DNA of 64,000 bases from Bacteroidales bacterium. Its GTDB lineage: Bacteria; Bacteroidota; Bacteroidia; Bacteroidales; UBA12481. Positions 31,253-41,377 of this stretch are shown here, piece after piece. The stretch is taken from contig JBAZTE010000007.1 in NCBI GenBank assembly GCA_041662065.1, positions 134,466-198,465 on the forward strand. Reading direction: 5' to 3'. A program made the translations under genes and the position numbers. Every line of letters starts with the position of its first letter. Position 1 is the first letter of the stretch. Under the pieces are notes generated by a model. The model did not search any database, was not told the origin of the DNA, and saw only the letters and a program-made list of their open reading frames with translations.

Positions 31253-31558
31253 TTATAGAAAACCTAAATCCAGTTTGGCTTCATCGGTCATCATATCCTT
31301 GCTCCACTGCGGGTTGAAAGTCAGTTTAACTTCGACTTCAGTGACGCCCTCCACTTCTTTGACCCTTTCATGGATCTCTTCGATCAGCTCGTCAACCATG
31401 GGGCAACCGGGTGAGGTCAGGGTCATCACGATATTTACTTTCCCGTTTTCGTCCACATTTACTTCGTAGATCAGCCCCAGGTCATAAATATTAACCGGAA
31501 TTTCCGGATCATATACATTCCGTAAAGTACGGACTATCTGTACTTCAGTCTCCATCAT
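31253..31558 (-). CDS. sufT: SUF-system Fe-S assembly protein, DUF59/SufT-like
   Basis: About 101 aa with DPEIPVNIYDLGLIY and the TLTSPGCP motif. I place the start at ATG 31558, a 14-nt overlap with sufE. Confidence 0.8.
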   Translation of the reverse strand: MMETEVQIVRTLRNVYDPEIPVNIYDLGLIYEVNVDENGKVNIVMTLTSPGCPMVDELIEEIHERVKEVEGVTEVEVKLTFNPQWSKDMMTDEAKLDLGFL

Positions 31559-31982
31559 GTTTTTTCTGTTTAGCCTGGTATGCCAGAGCATAATAGCGCA
31601 TTTGATTGATCATCGATACCATACCGTTTGAGCGGGTTGGTGAAAGATGTTCCTTTAAACCGATGGCATCTATAAATCCCATGTCGGCGTTAACAATTTC
31701 ATCCGGGGTATGACCGGTGAAAACCCGGACCATAAGGGCTGCGATTCCCTTGGTAATGATGGCATCTGAATCAGCCGTATAATATATTTTCCCATCGATC
31801 AGTTCGGCATTCAGCCACACACGCGACTGGCAGCCGCGGATGAGGTATTCGTCATTCCGGAAAGCCTGGTCGATCATGGGCAAACCTTTGCCCAGGTCGA
31901 TCAGGTAATTGTACCGCTCCATCCATTCACCGAGTCCGGTAAATTCCTCTACTATTTCCTTTTGAATTTCAGCTATTTCCAT
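31545..31982 (-). CDS. sufE: Cysteine desulfuration protein SufE
   Basis: 145 aa with the RGCQSRVWL active-site Cys region. Confidence 0.85.
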   Translation of the reverse strand: MEIAEIQKEIVEEFTGLGEWMERYNYLIDLGKGLPMIDQAFRNDEYLIRGCQSRVWLNAELIDGKIYYTADSDAIITKGIAALMVRVFTGHTPDEIVNADMGFIDAIGLKEHLSPTRSNGMVSMINQMRYYALAYQAKQKKHDGD

Positions 31983-31993
31983 ACAAATCAGGA

Positions 31994-33217
31994 TCAGGCA
32001 AGCAGATCGATTACAGAATTGAGTGCTTCGTATAACCGGTCTGCCTCACTTGTGGTATTATAGAAACAAAAGGAAGCTCTTAAAGTTCCCTCTATACCCA
32101 GCCGCTGCATGAGAGGCATGGCGCAATGGGTACCCGTTCGTACGGCCAGACCGTATTTATCGATGATCATTCCGGTATCATAAGGATGGATACCTTTCAG
32201 GACAAATGAAAGAATGGCCGCTTTCTTGGTACTGGTCCCGTACATCTTGACCTGCGGGATCGTGCCCAGTTTTGCTGTAGCATAATCCCGTAAATAGCGT
32301 TCGTAAGCATTAATCCGGTCCATCCCGATACCGTTCAGGTATTTTATCGATTCAGCGAGACCGATAGCCCCGATGAAATTGGTTGTCCCGGCCTCAAACT
32401 TGAAAGGTAAAACATTATAAGTGGTTTTTTCGAAAGTCACCCGGTCGATCATGTCACCACCGCCCTGGTATGGAGGGAGCTTTTGGAGCCACTCCTCTTT
32501 TCCATAAAGTATGCCGATCCCCGTGGGTCCATAGATTTTATGTCCCGAGAATACATAAAAATCGCAATCCAGATCAACCACATTCACCGGTTCATGCTGA
32601 ACGGCCTGGGCTCCGTCGACCAGCACGGGAACACCAAAACCGTGGGCAATCCTGACCACTTCTTTTATTGGATTGATGGTACCCAGCACATTGGAAACGT
32701 GCGTGATGGCGACAAGACGGGTACGGTCGGTAAAAAGTTTCTGATAGGCATCCATTCCGAGTTCCCCCTCATCGGTGATCGGAATGATGCGCAGGTGTGC
32801 GCCGCGCCTTTCACAAACCATCTGCCAGGGAACGATATTTGAATGATGCTCCATGGTTGAGAGGATGATTTCATCGCCGGGTTTAATATACCCTTCACCC
32901 ATTGAAAAAGCCACCAGGTTAATCGATCCGGTTGTTCCAGCAGTAAAGATAATCTGGGAAGATTTTGGAGCACCGATGAATTGCTGGACCGTAGCCCTGG
33001 CCTCTTCGTAGGCTTCGGTTATTTTATCACTCAGCAAATTCACTGACCGGTGGATGGATGCATTCTGCTCCCTGTGCAGCTTGTTAACGGCTTCAATCAT
33101 TCTCTCCGGTTTCTGGGTGGTGGCCCCGTTATCCAGGTAAGCCAGCGGTTTGCCGTATACCAGCTGGCCGAGGATCGGAAAATCCTTCCTGACCTGTTCT
33201 ATGGGAAAATCATTCAT
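31994..33217 (-). CDS. sufS: Cysteine desulfurase, SufS subfamily
   Basis: 407 aa. It has the PLP Lys region (FSGHKIYGPTGIG) and the RTGTHCA active-site Cys loop. Confidence 0.92.
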   Translation of the reverse strand: MNDFPIEQVRKDFPILGQLVYGKPLAYLDNGATTQKPERMIEAVNKLHREQNASIHRSVNLLSDKITEAYEEARATVQQFIGAPKSSQIIFTAGTTGSINLVAFSMGEGYIKPGDEIILSTMEHHSNIVPWQMVCERRGAHLRIIPITDEGELGMDAYQKLFTDRTRLVAITHVSNVLGTINPIKEVVRIAHGFGVPVLVDGAQAVQHEPVNVVDLDCDFYVFSGHKIYGPTGIGILYGKEEWLQKLPPYQGGGDMIDRVTFEKTTYNVLPFKFEAGTTNFIGAIGLAESIKYLNGIGMDRINAYERYLRDYATAKLGTIPQVKMYGTSTKKAAILSFVLKGIHPYDTGMIIDKYGLAVRTGTHCAMPLMQRLGIEGTLRASFCFYNTTSEADRLYEALNSVIDLLA

Positions 33218-33220
33218 AAC

Positions 33221-34597
33221 TCAGCAAGTTTCCTGACAATGGAGCGGGCAGCTGTTACAACGGGTCAGCTCGCCACGCAAACGTTTATCGACCAAATCGG
33301 ACAGACGCTCCCGCAGAGGATCTACCGATATCTTACTTAATATTTCATAACCAAAAGCGTACATCAGCAATAATCGGGCTTCGCGCATGGAAATCCCCCT
33401 GCTCTGAAGATAAAATATGGCATTCTGGTCCAGCTGCCCGACGGTTGTTCCATGGCTGCATTTGACGTCATCAGCGTAAATTTCGAGCTGTGGCTTGGTA
33501 TTCATGCGGGCCTCATTCGTAAGCAGGATATTGTTGTTGGCCTGATAAGCCATCGTTTTCTGGGCCTGCGGCCTCACCAGGATGCGGCCGGTAAATGCGC
33601 CGGTAGCCTGATCATCGAGAATGCCCTTAAAATTTTGTTTGCTGCTGCAATTGGGAACGGCATGATCGACGAAGGTAAAACTGTCGACATGCTGTGTCTT
33701 ATCCACCAGGAAAAGCCCGAGTGTCTGATTCGAAGCCCCTTCCCCACTCAGACAGGTGTACACATTATTCCGGATCGTTCCCCCATGCAGCGTGATGGTA
33801 TTGAATATTGCGTCGCTTGCCCGTTCCTGGTGGACGAAGGAGGTTGAAATCTGGTTGGAATTGTTGTTCTCATTCTGAAGTTTCACGTAATCCAGATGAG
33901 CCTCATTACCCACATAAATCTCAGTGACAGAATTGGTAAGATAATGATGGGCAGATAAGGAATGGTCACAAACGACCAACCTGGCAGTAGCCTGGTCTTC
34001 CACAATAACCAGATTCCTGTGCTGAACAAAAAGATCCTCGGGTGACAACAGGACATTGACGATCTGTACGGCGCGGTCGGAACCGGCACCTTTGGGAACA
34101 TAAACAAAAGTCCCGTCCTGGGCAAAGGCAGTATTCAGAGCAACCAAACCATCCTTCTCATAATCAGCATATTTTGAATAATGCTGTTTAAGCAGGTCCG
34201 GATATTGCCGTGCCGCTTCGGCCATACTGCCGATGATCATTCCCCCGGGCAGGGTTTGAAGTTTAGGCCGGTTTTCGTAAAACCAGCCGTTGACGAGCAG
34301 CACCAGTTCAGTATCGAGTTCAGGTATATCGCAGTGAAAAAGATCCTCCGCGGCGAACAATATTTTCTTCTGTTCGATATACCGGTTCAGCGGCGAAAGA
34401 AAGATCTTTGAAATATCGGTCGACTTGTAATTCTCCAGGGAGCGGTCGGGAATCCCCAAATTCCGGAAACTTTCCATGGCGGCGGGACGAAAGGAATTGA
34501 AGACCGAGCTGGAAGAATTCATCAACTGGTCACGATTGTTAAAATACCAATCAGTCAGCTGGTTCTCCAAAACATGTTTATCAGTGGCGGTTTCCAT
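33221..34597 (-). CDS. sufD: Fe-S cluster assembly protein SufD (with Cys-rich C-terminal tail)
   Basis: 458 aa. It has the SufBD beta-helix core (EIYADDVKCSHGTTVGQLD) and ends in RCNSCPLHCQETC. Confidence 0.9.
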   Translation of the reverse strand: METATDKHVLENQLTDWYFNNRDQLMNSSSSVFNSFRPAAMESFRNLGIPDRSLENYKSTDISKIFLSPLNRYIEQKKILFAAEDLFHCDIPELDTELVLLVNGWFYENRPKLQTLPGGMIIGSMAEAARQYPDLLKQHYSKYADYEKDGLVALNTAFAQDGTFVYVPKGAGSDRAVQIVNVLLSPEDLFVQHRNLVIVEDQATARLVVCDHSLSAHHYLTNSVTEIYVGNEAHLDYVKLQNENNNSNQISTSFVHQERASDAIFNTITLHGGTIRNNVYTCLSGEGASNQTLGLFLVDKTQHVDSFTFVDHAVPNCSSKQNFKGILDDQATGAFTGRILVRPQAQKTMAYQANNNILLTNEARMNTKPQLEIYADDVKCSHGTTVGQLDQNAIFYLQSRGISMREARLLLMYAFGYEILSKISVDPLRERLSDLVDKRLRGELTRCNSCPLHCQETC

Positions 34598-34598
34598 T

Positions 34599-35351
34599 TT
34601 ACTCCTGATTTATCCCCTTGATCCAGTCGTAACCCTTTTCCTCCAGTTCATATGCCAGGGTTTTGTCGCCCGATCTGACAATCTTGCCTGCCGACAGCAC
34701 GTGAACGAAATCAGGTACAATATAATCAAGCAATCTTTGATAATGGGTAATGACTATCATGGCATTGTCGGGGCGACGCAACCGGTTCACGCCCGTAGCC
34801 ACGGTTTTAAGCGCATCGATATCCAGGCCGGAGTCGGTTTCATCGAGAATAGCCAGACGGGGTTCCAGCATGGCCATCTGAAAGATTTCGTTCTTTTTTT
34901 TCTCTCCGCCGGAGAACCCTTCATTCACTGAACGGCTTGCCAGTGCGGGGTCGATTTCCATTAAAGCTTTTTTCTCGCGCATCAGTTTCAGAAAATCAGT
35001 GGAGCTCATTTCAGGAAGGCCGCGGTATTTGCGCTGTTCATTGATCGCTGTACGCATAAAATTTACCATCGATACCCCGGGAATCTCCACCGGATATTGA
35101 AAACCCAGAAAAATCCCTGCCCTGGCGCGTATTTCAGGGGCCATTCCCAATAACGGTTGACCGTCGAAAATGACTTCACCATCGGTAACAGTGATTAGGT
35201 CACGGCCTGCAAGGACAGCTGCCAGCGTACTCTTTCCCGAACCGTTTGGTCCCATGATGGCATGGATTTCGCCTTCATTGATTTCGAGGTTTATTCCCTT
35301 GAGGATTTCCTTGCCGTTGATAGCCGCTTTAAGATTTCTGATTGATAGCAT
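34599..35351 (-). CDS. sufC: Fe-S cluster assembly ATPase SufC
   Basis: About 250 aa with Walker A GPNGSGKST, the ABC signature FSGGEKK and Walker B ILDETDSGLD. I place the start at ATG 35351 (MLSIRNLKA..) rather than 35441. Confidence 0.93.
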   Translation of the reverse strand: MLSIRNLKAAINGKEILKGINLEINEGEIHAIMGPNGSGKSTLAAVLAGRDLITVTDGEVIFDGQPLLGMAPEIRARAGIFLGFQYPVEIPGVSMVNFMRTAINEQRKYRGLPEMSSTDFLKLMREKKALMEIDPALASRSVNEGFSGGEKKKNEIFQMAMLEPRLAILDETDSGLDIDALKTVATGVNRLRRPDNAMIVITHYQRLLDYIVPDFVHVLSAGKIVRSGDKTLAYELEEKGYDWIKGINQE

Positions 35352-35385
35352 GCGAATATATTCGATTGACGATTGACAGTTAGAA

Positions 35386-36834
<1,449 letters not shown>

Positions 36835-36865
36835 AATGCCTGAAATGGTGGAAATTCAATAGCGT

Positions 36866-36873
36866 CAAAGTTA
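36866..36873 (-). promoter_or_regulatory. Candidate -7 promoter box (TAACTTTG) for the suf operon
   Basis: Exact TAnnTTTG match on the minus strand, 32 nt upstream of the sufB ATG. Confidence 0.45.
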
Positions 36874-36892
36874 TTTAGAATATTTCTAAATA
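36871..36892. promoter_or_regulatory. Palindromic candidate operator overlapping the suf promoter
   Basis: The perfect core ATTTAGAA-TAT-TTCTAAAT sits within TTATTTAGAATATTTCTAAATA. It abuts and overlaps the -7 box and covers roughly -10 to -30. Confidence 0.4.
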
Positions 36893-36949
36893 GAAAGCAA
36901 AGTTAAACAAAATACTCGCCGGAAGGTGTGGAGCCATCTAGCGAAATGT

Positions 36950-36957
36950 TATTTTTG
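36950..36957 (+). promoter_or_regulatory. Candidate -7 promoter box (TATTTTTG) for thiL
   Basis: Exact TAnnTTTG match 24 nt upstream of the thiL ATG. Confidence 0.4.
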
Positions 36958-36980
36958 GCCCATCATTGACCTTCTGATCT

Positions 36981-38030
36981 ATGGCCGATATGAAAACCAG
37001 AACATTGTCCGATCTCGGTGAATTCGGATTGATCCACAAACTGACTGACGATATCATATTGCGCCACCCGGGTTCGCGCAAGGGGATCGGTGATGATTCG
37101 GCGGTGATTGACCATCATGGATTCCTGACGCTGGTAACAACTGATTTGCTGCTTGAAGGAATCCACTTCGACCTGACTTACGTGCCATTAAAACATCTGG
37201 GGTATAAATCGGTAGTTGTCAATCTCTCCGATATTTATGCCATGAACGGGACGCCGCTGCAGATCACCATGAGCATCGGGGTTTCATCCAAATTATCCCT
37301 GAACGCACTTGAAGACTTTTACCAGGGGGTCAAGCTGGCCTGCAATCAATATGAAGTTGACCTGGTCGGCGGCGATACCAGTGCAAGCCTGAATGGGCTG
37401 ACCATTTCGGTGACCGCCCTTGGAACCGCTCAGCCCCAGCAGATAGTCTATCGGAAAGGGGCGCAAAAAGGTGATTTTATATGCGTCACCGGTGACCTTG
37501 GAGGTGCCTACATGGGACTGCTCCTGCTGGAGCAGGAGAACAGGTTGTTCCTGGCTGATCCCGCTTATAAACCCAGGCTTGAAGAATATCAGTACATTCT
37601 TGAGCGGCAACTTAAACCTGAAGCACGTAAGGATCTCGCGCGCGTTTTGCTGGCCAGTAAGGTACAACCAACGGCAATGATCGACATTTCTGACGGATTG
37701 TCGTCCGACCTGTTACATATCTGCGAAGCCTCGGGAACCGGGTCCCGGGTTTTTGAAGACAAGGTTCCGGTACATGCCGAAACCATGAAAATGGCCGGCC
37801 AACTGCATATCAGTCCAATGGTTGCGGCCTTAAACGGAGGGGAGGATTATGAACTTCTATTCACTGTTTCGCCTAATGATATCCAGGTGATCAGGGAGAT
37901 ATCCGATATCTCGGTTATCGGATTAATAACCGGACAGGAAGAGGGCCATCTGCTGGAATTAAAAGACAAGGCCACCGTCATGATGAAAGCTGAAGGCTGG
38001 AATGCAAAAAAAAAGTGGAGCAGCGTTTAA
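36981..38030 (+). CDS. thiL: Thiamine-monophosphate kinase
   Basis: 349 aa with the AIR-synthase-like fold (GIGDDSAV, GGDTS, DISDGL). Confidence 0.9.
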   Translation: MADMKTRTLSDLGEFGLIHKLTDDIILRHPGSRKGIGDDSAVIDHHGFLTLVTTDLLLEGIHFDLTYVPLKHLGYKSVVVNLSDIYAMNGTPLQITMSIGVSSKLSLNALEDFYQGVKLACNQYEVDLVGGDTSASLNGLTISVTALGTAQPQQIVYRKGAQKGDFICVTGDLGGAYMGLLLLEQENRLFLADPAYKPRLEEYQYILERQLKPEARKDLARVLLASKVQPTAMIDISDGLSSDLLHICEASGTGSRVFEDKVPVHAETMKMAGQLHISPMVAALNGGEDYELLFTVSPNDIQVIREISDISVIGLITGQEEGHLLELKDKATVMMKAEGWNAKKKWSSV

Positions 38031-38809
38031 TCTTCGAAAGGGCCTTTGATGATCCCGCGTTTGGATTCCCTGATAAAAGAAACGATCATATCGCGTTCAC
38101 CATTCCCGGTTAGCTCCTGTTCAATGCGTTCAAGTGCCTGACTGGTGTTGTAACCTTTCTGGTAAACGTACCGGTATATTTCGTGTATCTCTTCAATCAG
38201 CTCCTCGGTAAAGCCTCTCCGGCGCAGACCGACCAGGTTAATTCCTTCGAACCGGAGCGGTTCCCTGCCGGCAGTAACGAAAGGCGGCACATCTTTTCCG
38301 ACTTTTGCCCCGCCTTGGATAATGGTGTGCGCTCCAATACGGACGAATTGATGCACTAAAACCATCCCGCTGAGAATGGCATAATCACCGATCTCGATTT
38401 CTCCGGCCAGACCCACCGAATTGACCAGAATAACATGATCGCCGATCCTGCAATCGTGGGCTACATGACTGTAAGCCATTAACAGGCAGTTTTTGCCGAG
38501 AATGGTTTTCCCAAAAGAATTAGTCCCCTTGTTAACGGTAACGCATTCGCGGATTACCGTACCGTCCCCGATCTCGACATAGGTGGTTTCGCCCTTGTAT
38601 TTCATATCCTGAGGTATGGCTGAGATCACTGCTCCCGGAAATATCTTACAGTTTTTCCCAATCCGTGCACCATCAAAAATGGTGACATGCGGTCCGATCC
38701 ACGTCCCTTCGCCAATCTCCACATCCTGGCTGATGCATGCAAAAGCTTCAACATTGGCGGTCGCGGCAATGCGGGCCTCCGGATGAACACTCGAGAGCGG
38801 GTTTATCAT
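38027..38809 (-). CDS. lpxA: Acyl-ACP--UDP-N-acetylglucosamine O-acyltransferase
   Basis: 260 aa with left-handed beta-helix hexapeptide repeats and the LpxA C-terminal helical domain. Confidence 0.92.
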   Translation of the reverse strand: MINPLSSVHPEARIAATANVEAFACISQDVEIGEGTWIGPHVTIFDGARIGKNCKIFPGAVISAIPQDMKYKGETTYVEIGDGTVIRECVTVNKGTNSFGKTILGKNCLLMAYSHVAHDCRIGDHVILVNSVGLAGEIEIGDYAILSGMVLVHQFVRIGAHTIIQGGAKVGKDVPPFVTAGREPLRFEGINLVGLRRRGFTEELIEEIHEIYRYVYQKGYNTSQALERIEQELTGNGERDMIVSFIRESKRGIIKGPFED

Positions 38810-38817
38810 TTACTTGA

Positions 38818-40221
38818 TTATTTGATTTCCTTATTTTTAACGATCGTTGCCATCATCTCACCTTCACATGCGAGTTGGTTTCCCACAAACGCCTGGGCCC
38901 TCATTCGCACAATCCCACGCCTGACCGGTTCCAGCAGTTCCATCTTCAGGATCAGCGTATCTCCGGGCACGACTTTCCTTTTAAACCGCACATTATCGAT
39001 CTTGAGGAAATACGAACTGTATTCTTTGGGATTGTCAACGGTTTGCATCACCAGGATACCCCCGCACTGGGCAAGCGCTTCAACGATCAGGACTCCGGGC
39101 ATAACCGGCTCTTCCGGAAAGTGACCGACGAAGAAAGGTTCGTTCATCGATACATTCTTGATTCCGAGAATCATAACGTCGGTCACCTCCATAATGCGGT
39201 CAACCAGTAAAAATGGCGGCCGGTGAGGCAGTAATGACATGATCTGATTGATATTATATACCGGTGTGGCATTCGGATCATAGGAAGGAACAATGCTCCG
39301 TGCCCGCTCCTTACGGATGGCCAGTTTGACCTGGCGTGCAAATTCAACATTCGAGTAATGTCCGGGCCGCGTTGCTATAATTTTCCCTTTCAGGCAGGTA
39401 CCGATGAGATTGAGGTCGCCGATCAGGTCAAGCAGTTTATGCCGGGCAGGTTCATTGCTGTAAACTAATTTGGTGGTACTGAGAATTCCCTGGGCCTGGG
39501 TCTTTACCCTCGGCCTTCCGATGAGGTCAGCTATCCTGTCGAGTTCCTCCTGGGGATACTCCCTGTCGAGGATCACCATGGCATTATCGAGGCTCCCCCC
39601 CTTGATCAGGTTATTTTTCCAAAGAACTTCCAGTTCCCTGAAGAAAACGAAAGTCCGGGAGGAGGACACTTGTTCCGAATAATCTGACAGATGCGCCAAA
39701 CTGGCAAACTGATTGCCCAGCACTTCCGAATTATAATCGATCATTACGCTGACAGAGAATTCATCGGCAGGAAGAGCCATGATTTCGATTCCGCGTTCAT
39801 CATCTGTATAAACAATCGGCTCCTTGATTTCGAATACATCCCGGTCAGCAGCCAGACAAATGACCCCGGCCAACTGAAGTGCATCCAGGTACTTCCTGGC
39901 ACTCCCGTCGAGAATCGGCATTTCAGCACCATTGACAGTAATCAGCACATTATCAATCTCCAATCCGGCCAAGGCAGACAAAGAATGCTCGACCATACCG
40001 ATACGTGCCCCTTTTTCTTCGAGGATGGTATTCCGGGCGGTTTCGACCACCAATTCGGCCGATGCCTTGATTACAGGCTGTCCTGGCAGGTCGATGCGCT
40101 GAAAAAGAATGCCCGAATTTTCGGCCGCCGGATGAAAAGTTACCTCGACAATTTTCCCGGTATGCAATCCTGCACCTGAAAGGGTCACACTCTGGGCTAT
40201 GGTTTTCTGTTTAACAGTCAT
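38818..40221 (-). CDS. lpxC/fabZ: Bifunctional UDP-3-O-acyl-GlcNAc deacetylase / 3-hydroxyacyl-ACP dehydratase
   Basis: 467 aa. The N-terminal part is LpxC and the C-terminal part is a FabZ hotdog domain (HFPEEPVMPGVLIVEALAQ). This fusion is typical of Bacteroidota. Confidence 0.92.
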   Translation of the reverse strand: MTVKQKTIAQSVTLSGAGLHTGKIVEVTFHPAAENSGILFQRIDLPGQPVIKASAELVVETARNTILEEKGARIGMVEHSLSALAGLEIDNVLITVNGAEMPILDGSARKYLDALQLAGVICLAADRDVFEIKEPIVYTDDERGIEIMALPADEFSVSVMIDYNSEVLGNQFASLAHLSDYSEQVSSSRTFVFFRELEVLWKNNLIKGGSLDNAMVILDREYPQEELDRIADLIGRPRVKTQAQGILSTTKLVYSNEPARHKLLDLIGDLNLIGTCLKGKIIATRPGHYSNVEFARQVKLAIRKERARSIVPSYDPNATPVYNINQIMSLLPHRPPFLLVDRIMEVTDVMILGIKNVSMNEPFFVGHFPEEPVMPGVLIVEALAQCGGILVMQTVDNPKEYSSYFLKIDNVRFKRKVVPGDTLILKMELLEPVRRGIVRMRAQAFVGNQLACEGEMMATIVKNKEIK

Positions 40222-40287
40222 GCATTTATTACCGGATTAGTTGGGTGCAAAAATAGGACTTTGGCGGTAACATCAAAAAAACGCACT

Positions 40288-41322
40288 CTATTCTTTCCTA
40301 TTTGAGCGTTTCGACTGCTCAATAATGCGGATTCTTTCCACCAGTTCGGGCAGCTTTTTAAAATATACATACGATCTCTGGTAGGGGATCAGTTCATAGG
40401 CGGGACTTCCCTGAATGGCGGTTCCCGGCGTTTTCACCGATTGGCCGACTCCGCTCTGCGCAGCTATTTTCGTTCCGTCGGCAATGGTAATATGGCCGAT
40501 GATGCCGACCTGTCCGCCGATCATGCAATTTTTACCTATCCTGGTGGATCCGGAAATCCCGGATTGTGCGGCGATCACGGTATTTTCGCCTATATCAACA
40601 TTATGACCGATCTGGATGAGGTTATCGAGCTTGACTCCTTTCCTGATAAAGGTTGAACCGATGGTAGCCCGGTCGATGGTAGTGTTGGTACCGATTTCGA
40701 CATGATCCTCAATCACCACGTTTCCAATTTGGGGGACCTTGGTAAAATCACTCCCGGTGACCGGCGCGAACCCAAAACCATCGCCCCCGATAACTACGCC
40801 GCTATGGATCACACAATGGGAGCCGATCACGGAATTATTGTGAATGCGTGCCCCGGAGTAGATCCAGGTATCGTCACCTATGACAACATCTTCGCTGATA
40901 TACACCTGTGGAAATATCTTTACATTATTGCCAATCCGTGCTCCCTTGCTGATGTATGAAAATCCACCGATATAAACCTCCTCACCAAGCCGGGCCTCCG
41001 CATGAACAAAAGCCATCGGCTCGATACCCGACCGGTTGGGACGCTTTTCGACCATCGCCAGCAACCTGGCCAGTGAACGATAGGGGTCTTCCACCCTGAT
41101 GAGGGTACACGACACCGGCTGTGTCGGTTTAAACTCATGATGAACCAGAACGATCGTCGATTTTGTATCATAGATATGGTTCTGATATTTCGGGTTGGCA
41201 AGAAAGCTCAGGGTTCCCGGTCTTCCCTCTTCAATTTTTGAAAAATCGTTAACCAGGGCATCGGGATCTCCTTCAACTTGTCCGTCAAGAAATCCTGCTA
41301 TTTGTTTTGCTGTAAATTCCAT
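40288..41322 (-). CDS. lpxD: UDP-3-O-acylglucosamine N-acyltransferase
   Basis: 344 aa with the N-terminal LpxD domain and hexapeptide repeats. Confidence 0.92.
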   Translation of the reverse strand: MEFTAKQIAGFLDGQVEGDPDALVNDFSKIEEGRPGTLSFLANPKYQNHIYDTKSTIVLVHHEFKPTQPVSCTLIRVEDPYRSLARLLAMVEKRPNRSGIEPMAFVHAEARLGEEVYIGGFSYISKGARIGNNVKIFPQVYISEDVVIGDDTWIYSGARIHNNSVIGSHCVIHSGVVIGGDGFGFAPVTGSDFTKVPQIGNVVIEDHVEIGTNTTIDRATIGSTFIRKGVKLDNLIQIGHNVDIGENTVIAAQSGISGSTRIGKNCMIGGQVGIIGHITIADGTKIAAQSGVGQSVKTPGTAIQGSPAYELIPYQRSYVYFKKLPELVERIRIIEQSKRSNRKE

Positions 41323-41377
41323 AGGTCATAAAAGGCTAATTTAGTAAAACGGAACAGGGCAAGGGGTTAGTATGCAG

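Noticed and set aside
36835-36980. TPP riboswitch upstream of thiL
   Set aside because: I found no CUGAGA or ACCUGAUCUGGAU-type conserved elements. The thiL leader after the candidate promoter is only about 15-20 nt.
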